Source: Candidatus Poribacteria bacterium
GTDB lineage: Bacteria; Poribacteria; WGA-4E; PCPOR2b
Length of the DNA stretch: 64,000 bases
NCBI GenBank assembly: GCA_965198175.1
Contig: OZ240245.1
Location: 4,576,001-4,640,000 of the forward strand
Direction: 5' to 3'
Part shown: piece after piece, positions 1-11,063 of the stretch
Numbering within the stretch: position 1 is the stretch's first letter
Layout: each line of letters starts with the position of its first letter
Program-made: the position numbers and the translations under genes
Notes under the pieces: generated by a model
Seen by the model: the letters and a program-made list of their open reading frames with translations, nothing else
What the model was told of the DNA's origin: nothing
The model's database searches: none

Positions 1-220
1 TTCATCTTCAACTATTGTATCCATGAGAGGTTTATCACTGGAAATTGAAAGAGCTGTCAGGAAAGAATGAGGAACAAGATATTCTCTCTAAACGGCTTAC
101 GGCTAGGGGAGGTTTACGATTTTTACTTTGTCTTTTATAATACGCATTCTCGTTTTTGTGATGACAATCTAGCACGATCTACGCTAGCTGTCAAGCAAAA
201 AGCCATGAACGTGCTTTTGG

Positions 221-892
221 TTAGAACTCCCACTTCAACAACGTCGCCTGATGATGCAAAATGACCGATCCTGCAATTGTCCCGACGACTGCACCGCCAA
301 TAACATCGGAAGCATAATGTCTGCCCAAGTAGATACGAGAAAGGCCTACCAAGCCAGCACTAATGTAGAGTGGAATGCGGAGTTTAGGATACCGATTGCT
401 GAGAACAGTTGCTGCCGCAAAAGCATAAGCCGTATGCCCCGATGGGAAGGCAGGATTGCCAAGTCGATTATCTAGTGGACGCTTACGGCGAATAATTTCC
501 TTCACTCCGAAAATAACCACGCCAGTGCCAATGAAAGCTGATGACATCAACCTACCTGTATCACGATGTAAATCATCTCCGTAAGCCATGAGGATAATCG
601 AAAGTCCCATCATCGTTCTAGCATCGCCGAGGTCAGTCATCCTCTCCATAACTGTACCAATCGGTTCACGCTGAGGCGGAGTGTCGTAGATTGCATCGAA
701 TATATCTCGATCCAGCCGTGTCAGAAAATTGTCCGCATCAGTGTATGTTGTGATGGACATGCAGCAGATAATCAGGAGAAAGAGCTTGTTGGTTAGTTGG
801 AAGGCGGGGTTCCGTTTTCTCGTTTTCTCGTCTGGATGTTGTTTACACCAGAGAGGTCTAACATCGTTTTCTCGTTTCATCATCTTCGACAT
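221..892 (-). CDS. PAP2-family phosphatase (membrane); true start may be downstream
   Basis: Motifs KEIIRRKRP, FPSGH, SRIYLGRHYASDV. Confidence 0.85.
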   Translation of the reverse strand: MSKMMKRENDVRPLWCKQHPDEKTRKRNPAFQLTNKLFLLIICCMSITTYTDADNFLTRLDRDIFDAIYDTPPQREPIGTVMERMTDLGDARTMMGLSIILMAYGDDLHRDTGRLMSSAFIGTGVVIFGVKEIIRRKRPLDNRLGNPAFPSGHTAYAFAAATVLSNRYPKLRIPLYISAGLVGLSRIYLGRHYASDVIGGAVVGTIAGSVILHHQATLLKWEF

Positions 893-1005
893 TTTCCCTT
901 CTGATTTGTGAATTTCTACTGCTATTATCTTAGATTATTTCGGGGGAGTTCGTAAATCCATTCTAAAGATTCTGGACTTTTGACCATCTGCACCGAATCA
1001 CCAAT

Positions 1006-2082
1006 TCAAAAATTCGACAATTTATAAACAATTGTTTCAGGGTGGTAACGTCCCCATGCAAACCAATAGATATTCATCGCCGGTAGCCGCTCTAGTGTCT
1101 TACCTTTAAGTTTTCCTTCTGTTGCCTCACCGATGATCATATTCCACCGCGTTCCTGTCGTTGTATCTTTGGCAAAATGTCTGCTGCGCGGCTCAAAAGT
1201 GAGAATCGTCCCCTCCAGTGTGCGCATGAAAACAGCGGTTGCACCTGACACGTTGTCGTGAAATGCTAACACCGGCACACCGTCAATGGCATCGTTGATT
1301 ACGGATTTCCTCTCAAACGCTGTAAGAGGATAGGCGCAGTAACGGGCATTGATTTGCACACCGATAACAATCGCTTTACTCGGCAAACGGTTATCGGTAT
1401 ATCGCGTGGAACTTATCCCCGTGTCGGAGCCGGCACGATAGCTTGCATAACTATCGAATCTCCGCTCTTCGATTCGTCGCTCTGGATGACGCGGATCGAG
1501 CTGAACAGAGAGTACTTTTGAATTCGGGTAGTTTAATCGCCACTCCTTCCAGGTGATCTGTGGCATTGAAGCCAACATCGTTAACCGTTTCCCCTTGAGT
1601 TGTCCTGTCACTGCTTCGCCTGTGATATGTGACCAGAGGGCGCGCGTTTGATGGTCATACATCAGCAGTGCATCGTACAGCAGTTTGCCCGAAACCCCAA
1701 ACGTATAGGTTTTTCCGTCGAGTTCGCGACTATACACGATAGCCGTTCGACAGAGTGGTCACCACGTGGTCGCGATTTTCACACCGCCAACAACATCGTT
1801 AACAATTTCGTGCCCGTTAAGCAAATAGATAGAGTAGGCGTGGCTTTCACCGTTGAAACTGACTCCAATCATTGGTGAATCGTCGCGCAATTTTGCCTCG
1901 CTGGCAGAGACAAACTGTGGATTCTTGATTGCAGGGATTGCATCAAAGGGCAATACTGTGTAGATGTGATCTTGAGAGTAATCTTTGTCCGCCGCAATCT
2001 CACCGATTTTCCCCGAATCTGACACATAGCAGAATAGAACGAATATCACGGTTGCTGATAATATGATAAATTGTCTAACCAC
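1006..2082 (-). CDS. DUF3179-family selenoprotein (signal peptide; UGA at 1759-1761 read as Sec, W-U-P-L-C)
   Basis: ORFs 1759..2082 and 1006..1737 are one frame joined as ATTW-TGA-PLCRTAIVYSRE; DUF3179 motifs DAIPAIKNP, HEIVND, FGVSGKL, YWFAW; hairpin after UGA. Confidence 0.85.
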
Positions 2083-2548
2083 ATTTCATCCTTCCTCTAC
2101 CAATTTGTCTTCTAAAACGTGAACATTGCCTCGTACAAAGTGTACCACAGCGGCAAAAGGAGATGCAAATGAACCATCATTCCTGTGATAAAATTCATTA
2201 AGCCTATTTTAAACATCTTCTACAAAATAATAGCCAACAGATTTTTTTTAAATTAGTTACGTAGTTGGTACCAGCTTACTCGTGTGCGTGGATATAATTC
2301 CTCCTCTCTTTCAGTAACAGGTAATGGTTGCTGTAAAGCACTCGCTATTTTATTGTCTCTTTCCTCAGCCTCTCACACCAGGGCACATCTTCTCCCGCAA
2401 ATCTGTGACAACCTCGCCTTTAAGTCCCAGTCCAGAATTCGGGCAATCAGCGAGGACGGGGTGACGTTCGTAGGATAGTTTGTAGCTTGGGATTTAGTGT
2501 TTTGCCTTAGTCCGGTTTATCTGCTGATGCGCTGCTCCGATAAAGACA

Positions 2549-2578
2549 TTGACGGGTAGCGTTACAATTTGATACAAT
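2549..2578 (+). promoter_or_regulatory. sigma70-like promoter
   Basis: TTGACG-N18-TACAAT with extended -10 TG, upstream of the 2673 ORF. Confidence 0.5.
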
Positions 2579-2672
2579 CTCTGATGCCGTGTCGGCTTGT
2601 TTGCAGAGGCATGGTTAGAATCTACAAGCTGATTCAACATGGATGAATGCCGTTTAAAGGGGGAGCCAGTCA

Positions 2673-3638
2673 GTGGGAGAAGTTAAAATTGGCTTTATCG
2701 GTTGTGGCGGTAACGCGAATGGACACCTGCAACAGCTGTTCAATATGCAAAACGCTCGGATTGTTGCAACCTGCGACATCCAGGAAACTCGCGCTGCCAG
2801 TTCCGCTTTGAGCTATAACGCGAAACCTTATACCAACCACAAAGCAATGCTGGAACGAGAAACCCTTGATGCCGTGTATATCAGTCTTCCCGTGTTCGCC
2901 CATGGACAGCCTGAGTTAGATGTCATCGAATGCAAACTTCCGTTTTTCGTCGAAAAACCGGTTGCAATCAACATGGAGATTGCGCAACGGATTGAGGAGG
3001 CGGTAGCTGCTGCTGGTGTCATCACCTGCGTTGGTTATCAACTGCGGTATCTGGGATCGACACAGATGGCGCGTCAGATTCTCGACGACAAAGTGGTCAA
3101 TATGGTCGTTGGAAAATACTGGAGTGGCACCGGACGCGACGCTCCAAGCAGTTGGCTACATCAGATGAGTAAGTCGGGGGGACAGTTAGTGGAGCAGGCA
3201 ACACATACTATCGACATGATGCGCTATCTCGTTGGTGAAGTGGATGCGGTCTACGCCGTGCAAACAAACCGTATTCTGAAAGACATTGATTGTCCTGACA
3301 ACAACTGCGTGACGCTGAAATTTAAAAATGGCGCCATTGGATCGTTGACCGCATCTTGGTCGTATGACCCGAGCAACTGGTCACATGCTAACGTGCTGGA
3401 CATTCTGTATGACGATCAGTCCATCCATTGGGACGCAGGCAGCTTGGAAGTGAAGAAAAATGGGCAATTTGTCTCCAAACAAGCACCGGGACCAAGTATC
3501 GATGAAGTGTTTGTTGATGCCGTATACAGATGCGATGGTTCTCGAATTCTTAGCCCCTACGGTGACGCTGTCAAAAGCCTGGCAATTTCACTCACGGCAA
3601 ATCAATCGGCGCAAGAAGGTGTTCCGATACGGCTATGA
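2673..3638 (+). CDS. Gfo/Idh/MocA-family oxidoreductase
   Basis: IGFIGCGG Rossmann motif, EKP, GGQLVEQATHTID. Confidence 0.9.
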   Translation: MGEVKIGFIGCGGNANGHLQQLFNMQNARIVATCDIQETRAASSALSYNAKPYTNHKAMLERETLDAVYISLPVFAHGQPELDVIECKLPFFVEKPVAINMEIAQRIEEAVAAAGVITCVGYQLRYLGSTQMARQILDDKVVNMVVGKYWSGTGRDAPSSWLHQMSKSGGQLVEQATHTIDMMRYLVGEVDAVYAVQTNRILKDIDCPDNNCVTLKFKNGAIGSLTASWSYDPSNWSHANVLDILYDDQSIHWDAGSLEVKKNGQFVSKQAPGPSIDEVFVDAVYRCDGSRILSPYGDAVKSLAISLTANQSAQEGVPIRL

Positions 3639-3701
3639 ACGAATGAACCTATAATGAATCAAGACTTTGAAAATTTCTGGATTTCCAAGTGCAAAGCGAT
3701 T

Positions 3702-6083
3702 ATGTTTGAAAAGTTGATGAAATACCCCATTGACATTTTTCACAGAGGGGATTTTCATCTCGGCATCAGCCTTCCAAGACTCATTCTTTTCTTTTTTTTC
3801 ATTGCGCTAATCGCAACCTCAATCTGGGCATATCGCACAACAATTGCACGAACAAATCGGGGGCTTCGCGGCTTTTTGATTTTTCTGAGAGTTGGGGCAC
3901 TGTGTACGCTTGCATTTTGCCTGTTAAAGCCATTTGTCGCTATTTACCAAACGAAGTCTGATGACTCCTATCTATTGCTGCTTGCGGATAGTTCCAAGAG
4001 CATGCAGATTACCGATTCCGTTGACGGAGAATCCCGGCTAAAAAGTGTGAGCCGCTTGCTTTTCCAGCCAGATCGAGGACTAGTCAATACGCTCAGTGAG
4101 AAGTTCAAGATACGCCTCTTCACCTTTGATGCCGGTGCGAAACGGATAGGAATACCTGCCAGAGAGGATTCACAGAATACTTACAGCCATCTGTCTTTTC
4201 TGGAGGCACACGGTGAAAAAACCGACTTACCTGCCTCCCTCAATGAGGCGCTGGAAGATTTCCAAGAGATGCCTTTATCTGGTGTGGTGGTTTTTTCCGA
4301 TGGGGCGGATAGGAGTGAGGTAGATATCAGCAAAGTTGCTTTTCGGATGCGGGATCGCAAGATTCCGATTCATACGGTTGGTGTCGGCTTGACGGAGGAG
4401 ATAACAGATATTGAGATTGTGAAAATTGACGTGCCTCGGATGGCGGAAGAAGATTCCCCGGTCGAAATTTGGACGACCGTTAAGCGTAAAGGATACGGCG
4501 AACGAACAGTTAATTTACATTTGACAGATGAAAACCGTGTTGTCAAGATGCTTAGGGTTAATCTTGATAAAAGTCACCTGACTCGACGCGTGCCAATCAA
4601 GTTTATTCCGCAAAACCCAGGGACGCAGAAATATGTGGTACACATTCCAGCAGAACCGGACGAAGCTATCCCCCAGAACAACGCCAAGCAGTTTCTTCTG
4701 AAAGTAGTTCCTAATAAGCGTGTCAAGATTTTATTCATCGAAGGCAGACCACGCGCCGAATTCGCTTTCATTAAGCGCGCCCTCAAGAATGATCCGAATA
4801 TCCGACTCACGGATCGATGCCTCGTTGATGATGCGCATTTCAAGGGGACGAAAGGGGCGCCTAACTACAAATTTGGCTTCTATCCAGACTCAAAAAAGGT
4901 TCTCTTCGATTACGACGCGGTTATCTTTGGAAATATCGCGGCATCACAATTCACGAAGGAACAACTAGAAAACACCGTCGAATTTGTTCGCACACGTGGT
5001 GGCGGATTTCTAATGCTAGGCGGTTCAGAATCCTTGAGCAATCCTAGAATGGCGGACGCTTACATCAATACCCCCATTGCTCGAATGCTTCCTGTTGAAC
5101 TAGAGTTGGGGCTGCCTCCTCTTCCCACGCGGATGAAAAGCCAATTCTCTGGGCTACCTCAGCGAAATATGGAGCGGCGTGATGAAGGCTTTATGTTGCA
5201 ATTAACCTCTGCAGGCAAAACCGATTCATTGATGGCTTTAGCGGATGATCCGCTGAAGAACGCGAACCGTTGGAGTGAATTACCACCCTTAATCGGTTAT
5301 AGTAAAGTGAAGCGGGCAAAAGCGGGTGCAACAGTTATCGCTGTCCACCCTACAGATCGCAATGAATTTGGGAGCCGTGTCCTCATCGCTACCCATAATT
5401 ACAACGCGGGACGTGTCAAGATCTTTACTCCTCACAGCTCATGGCGATGGAAGATGTTTACCCCAACAGACGGCGATCTCCACGAAAGCCACGAGCGCTT
5501 CTGGCGTCAGACAGCAAAATGGCTGACAACGACTTCCAGAGACCATTTAAAACTCAAGATTGCAAAAACTTCTTATTCTTTGAAAGAGCCTGTAATCATA
5601 GAAGCCACCGCTTACGATCATAAGTTTGAATTGACAAATCTGGCAAAGATACACGCAATCATCACCGATGGAGGAGGAAAAAGGAAGGAGCTCCATCTTA
5701 AGCAAGTGCTTGGGAAAGATGGATGGTACACAGCCCGATTCATCGCGCCACGGCGGGAGGAGTATAGGGTAGATGTATTTGGCACATTAGGTGGCGAGAG
5801 CCTTGGTGAACAACACGGGCTCTTTACGGTCGGGGAATCTTACGCGGAATTCACGAACGCGGAGCTCAACACGGAACTCCTTCAAACCCTCGCTAGAATT
5901 AGTGGTGGCGAATATTATACGATAGAAAATGCATCCAAGATGGCGAATCAAATTCCGCTAGTCGAAAGCGAAAAATCGAGCCTTGTGAATGAGGGTATTT
6001 GGGACATGCCGGTGATTTTTGGTGGAATTATTCTGCTTCTCGGGTTAGAGTGGTTTTTACGTAAGCGAAGAGGGTTAGTTTAA
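3702..6083 (+). CDS. Membrane protein with vWA and glutamine-amidotransferase-like domains
   Basis: N-terminal TM helices, DSSKSM MIDAS, SDG, GGGFLMLGG, C-terminal EWFLRKRRGL; start uncertain (3654 or 3702). Confidence 0.75.
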   Translation: MFEKLMKYPIDIFHRGDFHLGISLPRLILFFFFIALIATSIWAYRTTIARTNRGLRGFLIFLRVGALCTLAFCLLKPFVAIYQTKSDDSYLLLLADSSKSMQITDSVDGESRLKSVSRLLFQPDRGLVNTLSEKFKIRLFTFDAGAKRIGIPAREDSQNTYSHLSFLEAHGEKTDLPASLNEALEDFQEMPLSGVVVFSDGADRSEVDISKVAFRMRDRKIPIHTVGVGLTEEITDIEIVKIDVPRMAEEDSPVEIWTTVKRKGYGERTVNLHLTDENRVVKMLRVNLDKSHLTRRVPIKFIPQNPGTQKYVVHIPAEPDEAIPQNNAKQFLLKVVPNKRVKILFIEGRPRAEFAFIKRALKNDPNIRLTDRCLVDDAHFKGTKGAPNYKFGFYPDSKKVLFDYDAVIFGNIAASQFTKEQLENTVEFVRTRGGGFLMLGGSESLSNPRMADAYINTPIARMLPVELELGLPPLPTRMKSQFSGLPQRNMERRDEGFMLQLTSAGKTDSLMALADDPLKNANRWSELPPLIGYSKVKRAKAGATVIAVHPTDRNEFGSRVLIATHNYNAGRVKIFTPHSSWRWKMFTPTDGDLHESHERFWRQTAKWLTTTSRDHLKLKIAKTSYSLKEPVIIEATAYDHKFELTNLAKIHAIITDGGGKRKELHLKQVLGKDGWYTARFIAPRREEYRVDVFGTLGGESLGEQHGLFTVGESYAEFTNAELNTELLQTLARISGGEYYTIENASKMANQIPLVESEKSSLVNEGIWDMPVIFGGIILLLGLEWFLRKRRGLV

Positions 6084-6162
6084 TGGAAATTTAATCTAGC
6101 TGTTACCAATTCACACGTTGTGTATCCATCCGCTTATCGGTCAATCCGAAGGAAAAAGACAT

Positions 6163-7281
6163 ATGGAAAATTTATCACCAATCAGCAATCGAAAACCCAC
6201 ACTACAAGTAAATGTTGGAAACGTATTAATCGGTAACGGGAACCCGATTCCGATACAAACGATGACGACTACCCTAACGCATGATAGAGACGCAACCTTA
6301 CGCCAAATCGAACGGTGTGTGGAAGCCGGTGCACAAATTGTGCGCGTCGCGGTTCCTGAAGAAAGGGATGCCAAGGCACTGTCCACAATCGTCAACCGCG
6401 CTTCTGTGCCGATTGTTGCAGATATCCACTTTAACTATCGATATGCCCTTGCTGCTGTTGATGCGAGCGTCGCGAAAGTCCGAATCAACCCTGGGAACAT
6501 CGGAAACGAAAAGCGAATCGCCCAAGTGCTCTCAGCGGCGAAAGCCGCGAATACCCCAATCCGCATCGGTGTCAACGAGGGATCGTTGGAAAAAGATTTG
6601 CTAGATAAATACCCCTCACCTACAGCAGAAGCACTTGTCGAAAGCGCAATGCGCCACGTTAAAATCTGCGAAGACCACGATTTTACGGACATCGCAATCT
6701 CTGTCAAATCCAGCGATCCGCGGCGGATGATTAAGGCGAACCGGCTGCTCTCAGCCAAGGTGCACTATCCACTCCATCTCGGTGTGACGGAAGCAGGAAC
6801 GCCTCGCCGGGCGCACGTCAAATCCACGATCGGCATCGGTATGCTGTTGATGGAGGGTATTGGCGACACTATTCGAATCTCGATTACGGGCGACCCGGTC
6901 GAGGAAGTCCTAACGGCGAAGGAGTTACTCCGCACATTAGGCTTAGCGGATAATATTTTAGATGTTGTCTCGTGTCCGTTTTGCGGAAGAGGCGATCCAC
7001 AGGCAGATTACGAAGGGATTGTTGCTGCCACTGAAGCGTTATTGGAAACGCACGGCATCAAGATTCCGGTTGCCATCATGGGCTGTGAAGTTAATGGTCC
7101 CGGAGAGACGCGCAATGCAGAAGCTGGAATTCACTTAGGAGGGAAAGAACTCGCAGTACTCAAGATTCGCGGGGAGAAGGTTAGGACGTTTCGTGGAAAG
7201 GATGAGGTTAATCCACAGTTTCTAGCGGCTGCGTTGTTAGAAGCTGCGCAACAGATACAGAATGAAAGACGCGACAGCTAA
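6163..7281 (+). CDS. ispG: (E)-4-hydroxy-3-methylbut-2-enyl-diphosphate synthase
   Basis: VADIHF, RINPGN, HLGVTEAG, GDTIRIS, SCPFCGR, GCEVNGPGE. Confidence 0.97.
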   Translation: MENLSPISNRKPTLQVNVGNVLIGNGNPIPIQTMTTTLTHDRDATLRQIERCVEAGAQIVRVAVPEERDAKALSTIVNRASVPIVADIHFNYRYALAAVDASVAKVRINPGNIGNEKRIAQVLSAAKAANTPIRIGVNEGSLEKDLLDKYPSPTAEALVESAMRHVKICEDHDFTDIAISVKSSDPRRMIKANRLLSAKVHYPLHLGVTEAGTPRRAHVKSTIGIGMLLMEGIGDTIRISITGDPVEEVLTAKELLRTLGLADNILDVVSCPFCGRGDPQADYEGIVAATEALLETHGIKIPVAIMGCEVNGPGETRNAEAGIHLGGKELAVLKIRGEKVRTFRGKDEVNPQFLAAALLEAAQQIQNERRDS

Positions 7282-7336
7282 TAGACCGTAATCATGGGCG
7301 CACAATGCGGATGTCCATACGTCTAAAATTGAATCT

Positions 7337-8464
7337 ATGATCGAATACGTCTGCAACCAATGCGGTACAACATATCTTATCGACGCAATTCGGTACAGAT
7401 GCGATTGTGGGCAACCGCTAGAACTAAGAAAAAGAGCGATTGTATTCCCAATCAACAAGATTGCCCAGCGTGACAACACCCTCTGGCGTTATCGTGAAGC
7501 GATCCCAATCAGCGACGATGCGTCGATTGTCTCTTTCGGTGAAGGAATGACGCCACTTGTAGCATTGAACCAACCCCCGTATAATCATCATATGAAATTG
7601 GACTTCATCTCTCCGACGGGTTCATACAAAGATCGAGGAGCATCCGTTCTATTGTCCAAAATCAGAGAACTCGGCGTAGAAAACATCGTCGAAGATTCTT
7701 CAGGCAATGCCGGCGCGGCGATAGCTGCGTATAGCGCGCTCGCCGGAATCGACTGTACGATCTACTGTCCCGCGTCTACATCAAAAGGTAAGCTAGCACA
7801 AATTGCACTGTACGGCGCGAAACTGAAACTGATTGATGGAAACCGAGCGGCAACAACGCAAGCTGTGCTTCAAGCGACAGAAACAACCTACTATGCCTCA
7901 CATAACTGGAATCCCTTCTTCTTGGAAGGGATAAAAACGGTTGCCTTTGAGATTGTCGAACAACTTGGTTGGAAAACTCCCGATCAGGTCATTTGTCCGG
8001 TGGGATATGGAAGTATTTACGTGGGCTTGTACATCGGGTTCCGGGAGTTATACGATCAGAAAATCATCTCCAATCTACCGTGTCTACTCGGCGTTCAATC
8101 CGCTGCGTGTTCCCCGATTTACAAAGCTTACGCTGAAAATAAGGAGCAAATTGAAAGGTTTCTGCAGACACAAGAGACACTTGCCGAAGGCATCACATCA
8201 GAGTTGCCGATTCGTGTACAAATGATCTCGGAAGCAATCAGTGAAACAAATGGCGCCTTCACGATTGTTAATGATGAAGAAATAAAAGATGGGATTACGA
8301 TTCTCGCAGCAAAAGGCATCTTTGTCGAACCTACTTCAGCGGTCATCGTCGGAGCCTTCAACAAGTTCGTGGAAGACGGAATCATCCGTAAAGGCGACCT
8401 GACCGTATCAATTCTCACAGGCTCCGGCTTGAAGGCAATTGATAAACTGATGAAACTGTTGTGA
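7337..8464 (+). CDS. thrC: Threonine synthase-like PLP enzyme
   Basis: GEGMTPL, PTGSYKDRG, DSSGNAG, EPTSA, LTGSGLK. Confidence 0.8.
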   Translation: MIEYVCNQCGTTYLIDAIRYRCDCGQPLELRKRAIVFPINKIAQRDNTLWRYREAIPISDDASIVSFGEGMTPLVALNQPPYNHHMKLDFISPTGSYKDRGASVLLSKIRELGVENIVEDSSGNAGAAIAAYSALAGIDCTIYCPASTSKGKLAQIALYGAKLKLIDGNRAATTQAVLQATETTYYASHNWNPFFLEGIKTVAFEIVEQLGWKTPDQVICPVGYGSIYVGLYIGFRELYDQKIISNLPCLLGVQSAACSPIYKAYAENKEQIERFLQTQETLAEGITSELPIRVQMISEAISETNGAFTIVNDEEIKDGITILAAKGIFVEPTSAVIVGAFNKFVEDGIIRKGDLTVSILTGSGLKAIDKLMKLL

Positions 8465-8545
8465 TGTGAAGCATTCGCCGGTGATGATGGAAATTACGGC
8501 CAAATTTATTGAAGATGGGTTAGAGTTGATGGAGGCAAAAGAAAA

Positions 8546-9271
8546 ATGATTAACTTGAGTGTGAATGTGAATAAAATTGCGACTTTAAGAAATGCTAGAG
8601 GTGGCGATTGTCCCAATGTGATTGAAGCCGTCCAGACCTGTATCAGGGCTGGCGCACAAGGGATCACAGTTCATCCAAGAGCGGATGAACGACATATTAC
8701 GGCGAATGATGTTTACGAGATTGCTGAGATGCTCACGGTTGAATACAATATCGAAGGTGACCCTAGGCCCGATTTGCTCAATATGGTCATGGAGGTTCGT
8801 CCTAGTCAGTTCACGCTCGTACCTGTCGTACCGGGCGAAGTTACAAGCCACAACGTCTGGGATGTTGCGAAAGATGGAGAGCAACTCAGGCCGGTTATTC
8901 AGCGTTTAAAAGGTGCAGGGATTCGCGTAAGTTTATTTAGCGGTACAAATCTGCACCAGATTGAATTGGCGAAGGAAGTTGGCGCTGACCGAATCGAGTT
9001 GTACACTGCCCCTTACGCATCGGCAAAGTCAGACCAAGAGATTGAAGCTGAGTTCGGCCTGCTGGTTAGGTCTGCTGAAAAGGCAGCCAGTGTACGGCTA
9101 GGCATTAATGCCGGCCACGATCTCAATTTAGACAATCTGCCTCGAATGAGAAAGTTACCAGGCTTGCTAGAAGTTTCTATCGGTCATCATCTAATCTCTC
9201 ATGCCGTCCATGTCGGACTCGAACAAGCGGTTAAAGACTACCGAACCGCATTGGGACAGTCTGTAGAATGA
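8546..9271 (+). CDS. pdxJ: Pyridoxine 5'-phosphate synthase
   Basis: LSVNVNKIATLRNAR, GITVHPR, NAGHDL, EVSIGH. Confidence 0.96.
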   Translation: MINLSVNVNKIATLRNARGGDCPNVIEAVQTCIRAGAQGITVHPRADERHITANDVYEIAEMLTVEYNIEGDPRPDLLNMVMEVRPSQFTLVPVVPGEVTSHNVWDVAKDGEQLRPVIQRLKGAGIRVSLFSGTNLHQIELAKEVGADRIELYTAPYASAKSDQEIEAEFGLLVRSAEKAASVRLGINAGHDLNLDNLPRMRKLPGLLEVSIGHHLISHAVHVGLEQAVKDYRTALGQSVE

Positions 9272-9595
9272 TGTGTTTAAGACTGATACTGAATGGAGAT
9301 TGGCTTTTGCATCTGCTGCTGATTGTATCGCAAGGCAAAATCCCATCTCGCTCTACAAGGATGGGGAATCCCATCCAACTCAGTTGGGGCTTATGCACTT
9401 GGTCTCTAGGAACTGAAGTGGATTGATTATCAATCGGTGGGAATTGCCAAATCCAGCTCTATATCGGATTTGTCAATCCGATGGGAGCAACGCTGGTACA
9501 TTATCAGCTCAGCTCCTTTGTGTAAGTCTTATCAGATTTAGATATTCAGGAATAAACAAACACTTGATACCCATGCCTACTTTGGGAGTTTTTTC

Positions 9596-10255
9596 ATGCG
9601 TACTTGCGCAATTTTCGATCTTGATGGAACTATCATCAGTCACTCTTCTGAGAAGGTTTTCCTCAAATACCTACTAGCGCATGGGGAAATTCCTCTGAGC
9701 AACTTGTTAAGTTGGGCTGTCTATTTTATCAAGTCCAGAAATCTTCGCGAATCGAAAGCGAACAAAGTCTATTTACGAGGGCTGGACTACCAACACATTT
9801 GTGAAATGGCGCAGCTTTGTATTGCGGAACGTCTCATTAACAGGATTTCTCCCCGAGTTTTTGAACGCATTGGAATTCATCGGGCGGAAGGACGAACGGT
9901 AATCATCTTATCAGGATCTCTAGAGATTTTAATCAGATTGTTTCACGATTACTTGAAAACGGATATGATGATTGGAAATGTGTTGGAAGTTGTCAACGGG
10001 TATATCACTGGTCGTCGACTTGGCTCGAATTGTTATGGTGAAAACAAGGCGATTTTAGTCCAACAGCTTGCGAAGGAGCACGGTTTCGATCTCAGCCGAT
10101 CCTATGCCTATGGGAACCACTACTCCGATGCACACAAGCTTCAACTAGTGGGTCATCCGGTCGCTGTCAATCCCGATGGGAAACTGCGTCGAATTGCTGC
10201 TGCCAATGGCTGGCGGATTGAGCAGTTTCACAATAGATTTGGCTTTACACGTTAG
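9596..10255 (+). CDS. HAD-IB (SerB-like) hydrolase
   Basis: FDLDGT, SGS, AYGNHYSD, VNPD. Confidence 0.85.
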   Translation: MRTCAIFDLDGTIISHSSEKVFLKYLLAHGEIPLSNLLSWAVYFIKSRNLRESKANKVYLRGLDYQHICEMAQLCIAERLINRISPRVFERIGIHRAEGRTVIILSGSLEILIRLFHDYLKTDMMIGNVLEVVNGYITGRRLGSNCYGENKAILVQQLAKEHGFDLSRSYAYGNHYSDAHKLQLVGHPVAVNPDGKLRRIAAANGWRIEQFHNRFGFTR

Positions 10256-10291
10256 GCAACACCTCCAGTCTCCCAATCCATTCAATGGCAT

Positions 10292-11008
10292 ATGGACATG
10301 TCCATGCGTCTTGAAAAATTCCTCGCTGAATGTGGCATAGCTTCTCGACGCAACGCGAAAAAGTATATCCAAGCGGGGCGGGTAACAGTCAACGATGAGC
10401 GTATATGGGTTCCCGGTAGGCATATAGTTGCCGAGACGGATATAATTAAGTTTGATGGAAACCGTGTTGAGGGAAAATCACAGAAAATTTATCTGATGCT
10501 AAACAAACCCGTGGGGTACCTAACAACGCGCCGTGATGAGCGGGACCGTCCAACTGTCATGGAGCTTGTGCGTGACGTTCCCCAAAGCATTTATCCAGTG
10601 GGACGGTTGGATTTCGATACAACAGGTCTTCTACTCATGACCAACGACGGTACATTCGCGTATCGGCTGACTCATCCAAGCCATGAGGTGGAGAAAACCT
10701 ATATCGCACAGGTGGAGCGTCAACCAAGCCAACGAGCCATTCAGCAATTGCGCAATGGGATCAAGATTGTAGGGGGTTGCACTGCGCCCGCAATCGTAGT
10801 TCAAATTGGGCGTAAAGGAGAATTAACACAATTTAAACTCGTTATTCATGAAGGCAAGAAACGGCAAATTCGCCGTATGTTCCGGGCTGTCGGGCACAAG
10901 GTGATTGAACTGAAGCGGGTGCAGATAGGAAACCTCCAACTTGGAGATCTCGCACTTGGAGAGTATCGAATGCTAACGCTCGCTGAGATTGAGGCACTAC
11001 GGAACTAA
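10292..11008 (+). CDS. RsuA/RluB-family pseudouridine synthase
   Basis: S4 domain RLEKFLA, GRLDFDTTGLLL, EGKKRQIRRM. Confidence 0.92.
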   Translation: MDMSMRLEKFLAECGIASRRNAKKYIQAGRVTVNDERIWVPGRHIVAETDIIKFDGNRVEGKSQKIYLMLNKPVGYLTTRRDERDRPTVMELVRDVPQSIYPVGRLDFDTTGLLLMTNDGTFAYRLTHPSHEVEKTYIAQVERQPSQRAIQQLRNGIKIVGGCTAPAIVVQIGRKGELTQFKLVIHEGKKRQIRRMFRAVGHKVIELKRVQIGNLQLGDLALGEYRMLTLAEIEALRN

Positions 11009-11041
11009 AAAACGCCCGTATCGCAACAGACACGGGCGTAT
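11007..11041. terminator. Putative intrinsic terminator between convergent genes
   Basis: ACGCCCGT (11012-11019) pairs with ACGGGCGT (11032-11039); an adjacent A-run gives a U-tail on the minus strand. Confidence 0.6.
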
Positions 11042-11063
11042 AATAAGAACTCGGTTTGTTATG

